NCBI GenBank assembly: GCA_963768055.1
Contig: CAVYGN010000001.1
Coordinates: forward strand, 672,001 to 736,000
DNA from: an uncultured Spirochaetota bacterium
GTDB taxonomy: Bacteria; Spirochaetota; Brevinematia; Brevinematales; JAOACQ01
DNA length: 64,000 nucleotides
Direction of reading: 5' to 3'
Program-made: the position numbers and the translations under genes
The notes under the pieces: generated by a model
The model's database searches: none
Seen by the model: the letters and a program-made list of their open reading frames with translations, nothing else
Told to the model about the DNA's origin: nothing
Shown here: positions 22,077 through 32,660 of the stretch, piece after piece
How the letters are laid out: each line of letters starts with the position of its first letter
Position numbering within the stretch: position 1 is the stretch's first letter

Positions 22077-22988
22077 ATGTTTAAGAGAGCTGTACTAATA
22101 ATTTTTTCTTTATTATGTTTTTCAAATTTAATGATATCAGATGAAATGAAAGACATATACACAAATTTATTGCAAAAAAGGGATTTTGATGCTTTGTACA
22201 TTCATTTAACAAATTGGGAAAAACAATCTCCAGATAATCCCGAAATGTATATTGGATTTTTCAATTATTATGTTTTTAGAAACAAAAAAGAAGGAGTTGT
22301 TTTAGGCAAAACTCCAAAATCAAATGCAGTGTTCAAATTTAATATTACAGATCCAAAAACAGGCAAAGTTGTTGGTTATATGAATGGCACCGAAATTTAT
22401 AACAGTGAAGATGTTCAAAAGGGGATAACATATATTGAAAAAGCTTTATCTTTGTATCCCAACCGACTTGACATGCATTTTGGCAAAGTTTATATACTTG
22501 GTGAAATTGAAGATTATAATAATTTCACTGAACAGCTTATTAAAATAATGGATATTTCTAAAATAAACAATAATAAATGGCTATGGGCAGATGGCAAAGA
22601 ATTGCCTGATGCAAAGAACTTTGTTGAAAATAATATTCAAGCAAAAATAAGGCAATTATTTGCACTCAGTTCTGATGAAGGAGATGAGTTATTATACACT
22701 CTTTCAAAGAAGTTGATTGAAGTTTATCCCGATTGCATTTACGGATATGATAATACAGGTTTATACTGCATGCTAAAAAAAGATTATAAAGGGAGTTTGT
22801 CTTACTTTAAACAAGCTGAGGCAATCAATTCAAAAGATGGTTATGTATTATGGCATATGGCAATAGCATATGAAAATATAAATGATTTAGATAATGCAAA
22901 AGCCTATTACATTAAAGTAATTTCTTATGGGGATGAGCAATTAAAAAGGAATGCAAAAAAGAAATTGGACATTTTAGAGAATAAATGA
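22077..22988 (+). CDS. Exported TPR-repeat protein
   Basis: Signal peptide; 'YIEKALSLYPNRLDM', 'AKAYYIKVI'. Confidence 0.7.
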   Translation: MFKRAVLIIFSLLCFSNLMISDEMKDIYTNLLQKRDFDALYIHLTNWEKQSPDNPEMYIGFFNYYVFRNKKEGVVLGKTPKSNAVFKFNITDPKTGKVVGYMNGTEIYNSEDVQKGITYIEKALSLYPNRLDMHFGKVYILGEIEDYNNFTEQLIKIMDISKINNNKWLWADGKELPDAKNFVENNIQAKIRQLFALSSDEGDELLYTLSKKLIEVYPDCIYGYDNTGLYCMLKKDYKGSLSYFKQAEAINSKDGYVLWHMAIAYENINDLDNAKAYYIKVISYGDEQLKRNAKKKLDILENK

Positions 22989-23084
22989 AAATTTAACGCT
23001 TCCCCCATTTGCTTTGATAAAACAGATAAAAGCGCCTGGAGGGGATAGAATAATGAAACGGATTGTTTAAGGGATAATAAACTT

Positions 23085-23384
23085 ATGTCAGTTTATATGA
23101 TTATTGAATACAAAAAAATCGAAAATGAAGCTGTATATAATGATTATATAATTCGGGCAGAACCAATTATTAAGAAATATAATGGTGAATATATAGTAAG
23201 AACCAATAAGATTAAATATCTCAATAATGATGATTGTAATCCAAAAAGAATAGTAATAATTAAGTTTCCATCGAATGAAAATTTGGATAAATGTTTTAAT
23301 AGTGAAGAATATAAGAAGATAAAATTATTAAGAGAAGATTCAACAATTAGCAGGGCAGTAATTGTTGAGGGATATGTATCATAA
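23085..23384 (+). CDS. DUF1330 family protein
   Basis: 'KYNGEYIVR...RIVIIKFPS...FNSEEY..IK.LR'. Confidence 0.8.
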   Translation: MSVYMIIEYKKIENEAVYNDYIIRAEPIIKKYNGEYIVRTNKIKYLNNDDCNPKRIVIIKFPSNENLDKCFNSEEYKKIKLLREDSTISRAVIVEGYVS

Positions 23385-23405
23385 AACAAAATATAATGAG
23401 GTAAT

Positions 23406-24161
23406 ATGAAGACTTTTTATATTCTTTTTTTATTTTCTTTTATTCTACTATCATGTGAAAGGCATCCAACTATAAATCATGTAATAATTAACGAAGATTA
23501 TTATTATAAAATTTTAAAAACGACTCAATTATATGACATTAATAAACTTCTTTATTTTATTGATTTTAACGATCATCATGGCGGAGTTTACTTCGGAAAA
23601 GAATTGAAATATCATGATTTCCATAGTTTTCAAATTGCTCAAGATCAGGATTTTAAGAAGATTAATAGCTATATTATATTTATTGTTAGTAATAGCATAA
23701 ATCAATTATACAGGGGAAAATATTATTATGTTATTTATTGGACCATAGATAATAAAGTAATAAAAAGAGGTCATTTTTATGACTCAATAACAGGAGAAGG
23801 GGGAAGTGGATTTCTTGAAATAAGAAATTTATACATATTAACCCCATCAGAAGCTGTAGAATATTTTACAAATAAATATTCGATAAATACAGAAGTGGTT
23901 GAACCTATTGAAGCAGTATATTTAAAAACTTCATTTTGGGTACAATTGGAATCTTTTTGGTTTTACAAAATAAAATTTATAAAAAATGTTTCTATTAATA
24001 ATCATATAAATAAAGAGTATTACATAAGTCCATTTGTCTTAAAAACAAATAAAAATGAAAAGCCGAGTGATTATAATTATAGTCTAATAATATTTCCAAA
24101 TTATACGTCAAGATGTTATTTTATTGATAATAAAGGAGAAATGACTCCACTAAATAGATAG
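23406..24161 (+). CDS. Hypothetical lipoprotein
   Basis: Lipobox-like 'ILLSC'. Confidence 0.5.
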   Translation: MKTFYILFLFSFILLSCERHPTINHVIINEDYYYKILKTTQLYDINKLLYFIDFNDHHGGVYFGKELKYHDFHSFQIAQDQDFKKINSYIIFIVSNSINQLYRGKYYYVIYWTIDNKVIKRGHFYDSITGEGGSGFLEIRNLYILTPSEAVEYFTNKYSINTEVVEPIEAVYLKTSFWVQLESFWFYKIKFIKNVSINNHINKEYYISPFVLKTNKNEKPSDYNYSLIIFPNYTSRCYFIDNKGEMTPLNR

Positions 24162-24248
24162 ATACTTTGTCTGCTTTCCCATTTTCCGGCATTCCCAAAC
24201 AATTGAATTTTTGATAAAAACGCCAGGAGGGGATAGAATAAAGAAAAA

Positions 24249-25544
24249 ATGAGGGTTATTATGAAACAAAGATTTGTTTTTATTATCATTTTAATTTTTA
24301 TCAATTCATATTCTTTTTCTGATTTTAACCACAGGTCGATAACAAGCTGTATATTATCAATGCCAACAAATTTTTCTGGTTTTGAATTCAAGGTTATTAG
24401 TAATGAATTATATTATTATGGCAATGATTATTATGGCTATAATAGCTCATTTAAAAAAGTATTTTTAGATGAAAAAAATGGTTATATTAAAATATTCCCA
24501 AACCCACGTAATATAAGTTCTGGGAATCTTAAATTCTACCCTGGAGATTTCTATGATACATATGCACTATTTTTAGACAGTAATAACAATCCTTATATTT
24601 CAAGGTTTGAATATTTCATTAATGAAAATAAGGATTTAGAAACATCTATAATGATATATTCATATTCCATTGAATGGTTTTTGTGTAGCAATATTATTTC
24701 CAATTTTTCAATTAATGATTTTTACACAAACACCAATATTGATATTCCTAATGATAATATATTGATATTTTATGAATTACCACAATATGGAACAATAATC
24801 AGAGTCGAGCCTTATTTAATTAATAATACTGATTTTGAATATATTCCGAATTTTGATTATATAGAGTTGAATTGGGACAAAACAAATGGTGTGTTTTTTA
24901 TTAACAATAAGCATTTAAATAAAAATAAATTATTTTTTGTAAACAAGTTAGCTTATGAATCTACTTCATATAAAGATTATTTAATTCTTAATGATACTAA
25001 TAAAAACGAATTACTATTAAATATGGTAAATTCAATCAAAACTATTGACGATTGTGAGAAATTATACTGGATTCTTATTGCTAATAAGTTTGAAGATATA
25101 AAATTAACTTTTAATATTATACAACCCTTCACACATAAAGTTATGGAATTTTATAATAAGTACCCTGTTCAAGTAATTTCAATGTGTACAGGTTTAAATC
25201 ATGGTGGAGCAGCATCAGATGAACAAGCAGTATTTTTATTTGAATACTTATACTGGAGGAATCCATATCTATACTTATCCTCAATAAGTCAAACAAATAT
25301 AATAGATAATTATTTTCTTCCTAATGATTCTGGGGAATTAATCAAAGATTATATGTATTGGCTACCTAAAAGTAATTATGATATCGAAGCCTTTGGTGGA
25401 ATAACACCTGAGAATAAAAATAAAGTCAGAAATCAAACAAGAAAAGATGTCATTAATTTAATAAATAAATTACCAGAAAATGAAAGATGGATTTCAAATA
25501 AAATTATTAAGCATACTTACTTTATGACACATCCCGATGAATGA
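24249..25544 (+). CDS. Hypothetical exported protein
   Basis: 431 aa ORF with N-terminal hydrophobic segment. Confidence 0.55.
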   Translation: MRVIMKQRFVFIIILIFINSYSFSDFNHRSITSCILSMPTNFSGFEFKVISNELYYYGNDYYGYNSSFKKVFLDEKNGYIKIFPNPRNISSGNLKFYPGDFYDTYALFLDSNNNPYISRFEYFINENKDLETSIMIYSYSIEWFLCSNIISNFSINDFYTNTNIDIPNDNILIFYELPQYGTIIRVEPYLINNTDFEYIPNFDYIELNWDKTNGVFFINNKHLNKNKLFFVNKLAYESTSYKDYLILNDTNKNELLLNMVNSIKTIDDCEKLYWILIANKFEDIKLTFNIIQPFTHKVMEFYNKYPVQVISMCTGLNHGGAASDEQAVFLFEYLYWRNPYLYLSSISQTNIIDNYFLPNDSGELIKDYMYWLPKSNYDIEAFGGITPENKNKVRNQTRKDVINLINKLPENERWISNKIIKHTYFMTHPDE

Positions 25545-25612
25545 AATAATTTGAGCTCTTCCCCCTCTGCTTTGCCTGCTGTGAGGGATGGGGAGGATAG
25601 GGAGAATTAGTT

Positions 25613-26212
25613 ATGCGAGATATAATTACTATATTATTCAATAACTTTGAAACCATTGATGTCTTTGGACCAATAGAAGTATTTGGAAGATTAAACGACA
25701 ATTTTAATTCGCAATTTTATTCACAAAATGGCGGGATTATTGTAAGCAGTCAGAATGTCCCAATAATGACCAGGGCAATATCAGAAATAAATTCGAATAA
25801 TTACATACTCTTCATACCTGGTGGAATTGGAACAAGGGAATTGTTCAAAGATAAGGTATTTATTGATAGTCTTAAGTCATTGTCAAAAGATGCTGAGTTT
25901 ATATTTACGGTCTGCACTGGTTCAATTTTATTCTCTAAAACAGGATTGTTAAACGGGAAAAAAGCGACTTCAAACAAACGGTTTTTTGAGACGACAAAAG
26001 AATCTCCTGATGTAAACTGGATAAAAAAAGCTCGGTGGGTGAAAGATGGAAATATTTATACGAGTTCGGGCATAAGCGCTGGAATCGATATGGCATTAGG
26101 GTTTATATCTGACTTATTAGGTTATTCTATTGCGAAACAACAGAGCAATGAAATTGAATATGACTGGAAAGAAGATCCTGACTGGGACCCATTGTCAGAG
26201 TTATATAAATAA
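25613..26212 (+). CDS. DJ-1/PfpI family protein
   Basis: 'DVFGPIEVF', 'PGGIG', 'VCTG', 'TSSGISAGIDMAL'. Confidence 0.85.
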   Translation: MRDIITILFNNFETIDVFGPIEVFGRLNDNFNSQFYSQNGGIIVSSQNVPIMTRAISEINSNNYILFIPGGIGTRELFKDKVFIDSLKSLSKDAEFIFTVCTGSILFSKTGLLNGKKATSNKRFFETTKESPDVNWIKKARWVKDGNIYTSSGISAGIDMALGFISDLLGYSIAKQQSNEIEYDWKEDPDWDPLSELYK

Positions 26213-26473
26213 TACTCCTTTTAGTTAACTTGTTTACCTGCCAGCCTTCCTCTTTCCAGCCTGCCAGACAATTGAATTTTTGATAAAAGTGCCAATCATA
26301 ATGTCTCTGCATTTTACCTGCATTGCGGGTACATTAATTTTACCAATTGAATATTTTAAGATATAATATATTGCTATCACCAATAAAACTGCAAGACATA
26401 TGGGCTTGCGACTTCCTTTCTTTCTGACGGATAAATAGACCGTTAAAAAAATATTTTAAGAGAAGGAGTATTT

Positions 26474-27013
26474 ATGGTGAACCTATCTGTATTAAAGGAA
26501 CCAACGGAACTATCATTGCTCATATCCTTTTGCGACCTAAGCAATTTTGCAAAATTATCACAAAAGATGAATGAATTTGAACTCTTCAAATTTGTTTCAA
26601 ATTTCTATGGGCAAATAGGAGAAATTATCGAATCATCAGGCGGAACAATAATTAAGTTTATTGGTGATGAAGCCTTAATAATCTATCCGGAGGATAAAAT
26701 TGATATAGGTGTTATAAGTGTGTTAAAATTGAAGCATTTAATTGACGGACAGAACAAAGGTAATGGAATTGATTCACGACTAAATGTTAAAATTCATTTT
26801 GGAAAAGTAGTTGCTGGGTTATTGGGGACACAATCTACAAAGCGCCTGGATATTATTGGTAAAGAAGTGAATACAGCGGCTTTACTAAAATCTAATGGAT
26901 TCGCGATGACACCCGAAGTATTCAGAAAATTAAACAAAGAAACAAGAACTTTGTTTAAAAAGCATACACCTCCAATAACTTATATCCCTTTAGAAGAAAG
27001 GCATAAAGATTAA
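26474..27013 (+). CDS. Stand-alone class III nucleotidyl cyclase domain protein
   Basis: 'FCDLSNF', 'IKFIGDE', 'IHFGKV..G', 'DIIGKEVNTAALL'. Confidence 0.75.
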   Translation: MVNLSVLKEPTELSLLISFCDLSNFAKLSQKMNEFELFKFVSNFYGQIGEIIESSGGTIIKFIGDEALIIYPEDKIDIGVISVLKLKHLIDGQNKGNGIDSRLNVKIHFGKVVAGLLGTQSTKRLDIIGKEVNTAALLKSNGFAMTPEVFRKLNKETRTLFKKHTPPITYIPLEERHKD

Positions 27014-27150
27014 TTTAAATTGTATTGGTGATAGCATAATTTAATTCTGTCCTTGAGCCTGCATTTTAGCCTGCCTCCTTGTTCATACTCCCATACTTCA
27101 TTAATTTTGATAAAAGTGCCAGGAGGGGATAGAATAAAGGAAAATTATGA

Positions 27151-27582
27151 TTGGATGGATTTATGAATATAAGGTTTTACAATAATGATTCAGACCAGGA
27201 ATCTGTTATTGAATTATGGAAGTCGGCGTTTAATTATGATTCACCCCACAATGATCCATTAACCTCAATAAAAAGGAAAATAGAATATAATGACAATCTG
27301 TTTTTTGTGGCAGAAACTGATGATAGAAAAATTATAGGTACAATTATGGCTGGATATGATGGACATAGGGGATGGATTTATTCACTTGCTGTTAAACAAA
27401 AACACAGGAATGAAGGGATTGGTACATTATTACTTCATTATGCTGAAAATGAATTATTGAAATTAAACTGCCCTAAAATCAACTTGCAAATATTGGCTTC
27501 CAATCAGGAAGTAATCGATTTTTATAAAAAGAATGGCTACAATATTGAGGAAAGGATAAGTATGGGTAAAAAGCTTTGTTAA
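27151..27582 (+). CDS. GNAT acetyltransferase (YpeA-like)
   Basis: 'GTIMAGYDGHRGWIYSLAV', 'CPKINLQI', 'FYKKNGY'. Confidence 0.85.
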   Translation: MDGFMNIRFYNNDSDQESVIELWKSAFNYDSPHNDPLTSIKRKIEYNDNLFFVAETDDRKIIGTIMAGYDGHRGWIYSLAVKQKHRNEGIGTLLLHYAENELLKLNCPKINLQILASNQEVIDFYKKNGYNIEERISMGKKLC

Positions 27583-27839
27583 TCTGATAACAAAGATTTT
27601 GCACTTCCCCCCTGCTTACCCTTCCTTCCTTTTTCAGCTTGCCCTCAAGGTAATTTTGATAAATGATATAACAATAGTACTCAATGAGCCCCCTTTGGAA
27701 AATTGGGGATTGGCAGGAAAATCTGGAGAAGAAGCAAATATCGGATTCAATTTAAACGTTTAGAATAGCTCTTCCCCCTCTGCTTTGCCTGTTATGAGGG
27801 ATGGGGTGAGGGTGAAGGATATATATAGGATAGGTAGTT

Positions 27840-28202
27840 ATGGGGCAATCTACTTCACAGACCACAGCTTTTTTTGAGGAAATTACTTTTAATAAAATTG
27901 TTTGGACAATTAAAGATGAAAAAGGATTTCCTGCTCCTTTAAACGCCGATGGTAAACGAGCTCAGCCATTTTGGTCTTCAAAATTGAGAGTTGAAAGAAT
28001 AATTAAAAAAGTAAAAGCATATTCTATATTTTCAATTCATGAAATATCTTTAAATAATTTTATAGAAAAATGGATTCCAGGGTTGAAAAAAGAAATATTG
28101 GTAGGTATTAATTGGTCTGGTGAAGAACAACGGGTTATGATTTTGAGCCAAAAGAGGTATTGGAAACAATCGAATATTATCTTTCTAAAGAAAAATGAAT
28201 AA
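27840..28202 (+). pseudogene. DUF2750 family protein, probable frameshift near 28125
   Basis: 'VWTIKD..GFPAP', 'PFWSS', 'VGINWSG'; 'TGYDFEP' follows in another frame. Confidence 0.6.
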
Positions 28203-28306
28203 GGAAATTTTGATGCGGATGAAAAAATAAAAAATATGATATTAAGCCTTAATCTCTGCTTTGCCTGCTATAAGGGATGGTGTTTAAGGATCAAAGGAGA
28301 AAATTA

Positions 28307-29068
28307 ATGGAACTGGCTCAAGAACAATACAATAATATATCATATTACTACGAGATATTTTATTCGGGAATAGATTCAATCCAGTTCGAAAATGATTTTA
28401 TAAACCAGTTTAAGGAATATCTGGATAGGGTGCCAAATAATGCAAAAATTTGTGATTGCGCCTGTGGTAATGGAATTCAGGCTATAGCTCTGAAAAGACA
28501 AGGCTTTGATGTTATGGCAACAGATATTAGTGATGAAATGATAAGGTTGACTATAAAAAAAGCAAAGGAGAACAATTTAGATTTTCCAATAAAAAGAATG
28601 TCCTGGAAAGAACTATCGATAAGTAATCCAGACAAATTTGATGCTGTATTCTGCTGGGGAAATTCAATTAGTAATAGCCTGTCAAAACAGGAAATGATAG
28701 ATAACCTTAAATCGATTTATCAGACAATCAGGGCAAATGGAAAATTATTCATAGATACAAGAAATTGGGATAAATTAGTTAAAACCAAGCAGAGGTATTA
28801 TACCTATGATATCAAAGAATATATTGGTAAGAAATATTTACCCTTTTACATTATGAACATTGGCAATTTTGATGAGCAAAGTAATCTTGAAATGTTATTC
28901 CTTGAAATCAAAGATAATTTAAAAACAGAATGCATCGGGTTTAAATTAGATTTTATGCCCTTTACACATAATGATTTTAAACTGCGATTGAAAGAAGTTG
29001 GATTCAAAATATTGAAAGATAATTATAAGGATGATGAGGATTTTTATTATCTTGTGCTTGAGAAATAG
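28307..29068 (+). CDS. Class I SAM-dependent methyltransferase
   Basis: 'DCACGNG', 'FDAVFCWGNS', 'DTRNW'. Confidence 0.8.
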   Translation: MELAQEQYNNISYYYEIFYSGIDSIQFENDFINQFKEYLDRVPNNAKICDCACGNGIQAIALKRQGFDVMATDISDEMIRLTIKKAKENNLDFPIKRMSWKELSISNPDKFDAVFCWGNSISNSLSKQEMIDNLKSIYQTIRANGKLFIDTRNWDKLVKTKQRYYTYDIKEYIGKKYLPFYIMNIGNFDEQSNLEMLFLEIKDNLKTECIGFKLDFMPFTHNDFKLRLKEVGFKILKDNYKDDEDFYYLVLEK

Positions 29069-29176
29069 ATGATTACTCTGCCTGCCTCAGTATACCACTG
29101 TCATTCTCCGTTGAAATTTTGATAAAAGCGCCAAGATGGAATAAAATAAAGACGAATTGTGAAGGAATAGAATAGT

Positions 29177-29758
29177 ATGGGAAAATATGACGCAATGACT
29201 GGTAATGAACGTCTTTGGGTAAGTGGTTTGATGGATGAGTTTGATGTTGCCAAAATTAATAATAAGCGAAGAGCATATGAAATATTAAAAAGTTTGGATT
29301 TTGATGAGGCATCAATTTTAAAAATATTAGAATTGGCATTTCCAATTAATATTCTTCTCAAAGCTGCATGTAATTATTATCCATATAATGTAATAAAAGA
29401 ATTAGAGAAATTTAAACATAATGACTTACTTTCAGTAGGTTGGGGATATTTCAATAAGGAAATAATTAACGATATTGAAAATAGAAAAAATATGAATAAT
29501 TTATTTGTTTTTACAAATGATGAATTGGTTCAATATTTAAGGACAAACAAAGATTTATGTGAAAAAATATTCAATGAATCTTATGACAAAAGAATAACTC
29601 GATCAACATTTATTCAAGAAAATAAAGGCAAATTCGAAGTTGGAATATATGATAATGAATACAAAGAATTAAAAATATGGGACTATTTATTTGTTGGTGT
29701 TGCAGATTACATTTTATTAACCTGGGGTCTTGGTCGATTAGGTTATCCTTATGAATAA
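29177..29758 (+). CDS. Hypothetical protein
   Basis: 193 aa ORF directly after a repeat promoter module. Confidence 0.55.
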   Translation: MGKYDAMTGNERLWVSGLMDEFDVAKINNKRRAYEILKSLDFDEASILKILELAFPINILLKAACNYYPYNVIKELEKFKHNDLLSVGWGYFNKEIINDIENRKNMNNLFVFTNDELVQYLRTNKDLCEKIFNESYDKRITRSTFIQENKGKFEVGIYDNEYKELKIWDYLFVGVADYILLTWGLGRLGYPYE

Positions 29759-29871
29759 ATTTAAAGCTCTTCCCCCTTTGCTTTGCCTACTGAGGGATAT
29801 AAAGGAATTATGATGAAAGATTGGAGCTAAGAGAGCTGAAAGGGAAGGCGAAAAAGGAAAGGAATAGTTCA

Positions 29872-30303
29872 ATGAGTTTTGGGATATTTACTGATAAGAA
29901 TTTTAAACCAACTATTGATGATATCCATAATGCTTTATCAATTTCAAAGCCTCTATTTGAATATTTGGTGAATTACATCGAATGTAATTTTAAAACGCAT
30001 TCTGAATTGAAATTTTATGGTAAGAATTATGGTTGGGCATTAAGATTTAATAGATCAGGCAAGTCATTAATTGCTTTATATCCTGGAAAGGATGAATTTA
30101 CTGCTCAGATAATTCTTAATGATAAACAGGTTTTAGAAGCCTTGAATTCAGATATCAGTGAAAAAGCCAAAAATATTATTGAGAAAACACCTGAAATATA
30201 TGAGGGAAAATGGATTTTTATCAAAGTTAATTCCGAAGTCATAGTTAAAGATGTTGAAAAACTGATTTTAATAAGAACTAATAAAGATCAAAATATGGAA
30301 TAA
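29872..30303 (+). CDS. DUF3788-like protein
   Basis: 'YGKNYGWALRF...KSLIALYP', 'EGKWI'. Confidence 0.65.
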   Translation: MSFGIFTDKNFKPTIDDIHNALSISKPLFEYLVNYIECNFKTHSELKFYGKNYGWALRFNRSGKSLIALYPGKDEFTAQIILNDKQVLEALNSDISEKAKNIIEKTPEIYEGKWIFIKVNSEVIVKDVEKLILIRTNKDQNME

Positions 30304-30306
30304 TGA

Positions 30307-30960
30307 ATGACACAAAAGAGATATGAGAAAATCAAAGCAGGTATAAAATATTCATACAATATTGCCGCTAAAAATTATCACAAGCTGTTTTCTGATGAGT
30401 TAAAAGAACATAAATATGACCAGCAATTATTAAGTCAATTTGCAGATGAGCTTCCAAAAGATTCTATTATCTGTGATATCGGCTGTGGTCCATCTGTTCA
30501 AATGGGTGGTTATTTATTTGAAAAAGGACATAATGTTGAAGGGCTGGATTTTTCAGATGCTTGCATTGAAAACGCCAAGACAATATATCCGAAAATGAAA
30601 ATTCATAATGTTGATATGACAAAAACAAATTTACCAGATAATTCTTATGATGGAATTATTTCATTTTATTCATTATTTCATATCCCAAAAGAATATCAAC
30701 ATGAGGTGTTTAAAGAATTTCATAGAATATTAAAACCAGGTGGGAAATTACTTCTGATGAATCATAAAGGTTCTGAACGAAAAATAATTAAGGAGATATG
30801 GGCGCATAATAACTTGAAATTATTCATCAATTTTTCAACTGAAAAAGAGATAAGAGAATTGGTATCAAATAATAATTTTATAATAAACTTATTGGAATCG
30901 AAAAAAGCCTATTATGATTATCCGAAAGAAAGAATTATATGTCTGGCGACACGAATATAA
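30307..30960 (+). CDS. Class I SAM-dependent methyltransferase
   Basis: 'DIGCGP', 'GLDFS', 'EFHRILKPGG'. Confidence 0.85.
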   Translation: MTQKRYEKIKAGIKYSYNIAAKNYHKLFSDELKEHKYDQQLLSQFADELPKDSIICDIGCGPSVQMGGYLFEKGHNVEGLDFSDACIENAKTIYPKMKIHNVDMTKTNLPDNSYDGIISFYSLFHIPKEYQHEVFKEFHRILKPGGKLLLMNHKGSERKIIKEIWAHNNLKLFINFSTEKEIRELVSNNNFIINLLESKKAYYDYPKERIICLATRI

Positions 30961-31243
30961 ATGCTCTTCTCCCTCTGCTTTGCCTGCTAGACGGCATATA
31001 TGACTTATAGTTCCGAGTAAGCAAAATAAATGTTGAATAATTCATTCCAGAATAGCATAATAATACATTAATTTATATGGACGTTATTATGTCTACTCTT
31101 AAACTCTTAATAAAAAAATTGTAGCTATTCTTTCTTATCTGGGTTTCTCCCCGTTATTTTATTTTGTACGAAGTTTTTGGGATGATACTTTTCTCAAAGG
31201 TGTAATATCATATTCACTTTTATTATCGTTTATTTTTAATAGT

Positions 31244-32014
31244 TTGCTTTGGTGCTATATGATAATCAGTATTGCTTTTGCTTTTTTAATTGTGTATTGG
31301 GGAGACGGGTATTATCATTTCAACCTTGAAACTATTCAAAATTATTTCTTTGGCATTTGCCTTATCATTTTTTGTATTTTATGGATATATTGTTTTATAA
31401 GTGATATTCTAAGCAAGAAAAAACTTTCTGATTTTTTAAATAGATTTGTAAATTCCATAATAATTCATAAACTTTCAGTTCTATTTCAAGTACTTTTTAT
31501 ATTCATCATTATAGCAGTTGTTGTTATTAGCCTTAAAGCAAATCGAATTTACGAATATAAGCCAGGTAAAGAAAAGATATATCTTCTTTATGATGATAGT
31601 TATCATTTACCTAAAATTATATTGGCAAGTATTTTTTATCCAATGATTATTGGGACTGTAGAAAAATTTGGTGAAGGAAGTTTCAAAATGGCTGTTATTA
31701 CTCCTGAAAGTTTTAATGAAGCCTTTCATAAAGCAAAATTATTGTTTATTGCCAGTCATGGGGATGAAGAAGGAATAAAAATATTGAATGATACAAATCT
31801 TGTTTTTAGGCCTAATGACATTCCTTCTATATCAGATAGGCCCAATCTTCAATTTGTTTATCTTACCGGATGTAATCTTTCTACAAAAACCAATGATTGG
31901 ATAAAAGCCCTTTCGGGTACTAAGATGGTTGTATTCAATCGTTATTCGGCAATGCTGGAACATCTTCTCTGGATATGGAAAGATGCTGATAAAGAAATAA
32001 AAGATTTGAAATAA
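31244..32014 (+). CDS. Hypothetical membrane protein; 5' part probably frameshifted from near 31090
   Basis: N-terminal TM helices; C-terminal 'ASHG' and 'LTGC'. Confidence 0.45.
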   Translation: MLWCYMIISIAFAFLIVYWGDGYYHFNLETIQNYFFGICLIIFCILWIYCFISDILSKKKLSDFLNRFVNSIIIHKLSVLFQVLFIFIIIAVVVISLKANRIYEYKPGKEKIYLLYDDSYHLPKIILASIFYPMIIGTVEKFGEGSFKMAVITPESFNEAFHKAKLLFIASHGDEEGIKILNDTNLVFRPNDIPSISDRPNLQFVYLTGCNLSTKTNDWIKALSGTKMVVFNRYSAMLEHLLWIWKDADKEIKDLK

Positions 32015-32140
32015 CAGTTTGCAAAGCTGTGAAATAAAGTAAAAATAATATCTTAGTTTGTTATATACTCTTTCAAGGTAATTTGATAAAAGTGCCGGGA
32101 GGGGATAGAATATCTACAATAACTTTTTGGGGTTAATAAC

Positions 32141-32548
32141 ATGCATTATGAGTTGTTAATAAAACTAGGGGGCATATTTCATTTAATTTGCGGACTGTTT
32201 CACATTATTTTCCCAAAAATATTCAAATGGGAAGATAACTTGAATGATTTGCCCGAAACAAAAAGAAAAATAATTAAAGAAAGCTTATACCTTTCAAATA
32301 TATGTATTCTACTGTTCTGGCTTATATTGGCCTATATCCCATTCTTTTATTCACAAGAAATGCTGACAACCAAAATTGGTAGAGCTCTTTTAACCTGCAT
32401 TGTTATTAAATGGGTCATTCGCATATTTATTTTACATCCGATATTTTCGGGTATTAAAAGTAAATTATCAATATCAAGGATATTGTTCTTTTTAGCAGGA
32501 TTTCTATTATTTTTAATACCCTGGATAAAAATATTCATTATAAAATAA
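32141..32548 (+). CDS. Hypothetical membrane protein
   Basis: 135 aa, four hydrophobic segments. Confidence 0.6.
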   Translation: MHYELLIKLGGIFHLICGLFHIIFPKIFKWEDNLNDLPETKRKIIKESLYLSNICILLFWLILAYIPFFYSQEMLTTKIGRALLTCIVIKWVIRIFILHPIFSGIKSKLSISRILFFLAGFLLFLIPWIKIFIIK

Positions 32549-32660
32549 GGAATGCTATTCCGTTCCCCCTGCTTTGCCGGCAATCAGGAGGGTTTCCATA
32601 TCTAATAAGATGTTTCATTGCTGATTTTTCCCTCTTAAATCAATTTTTAGAGTAGTATGA

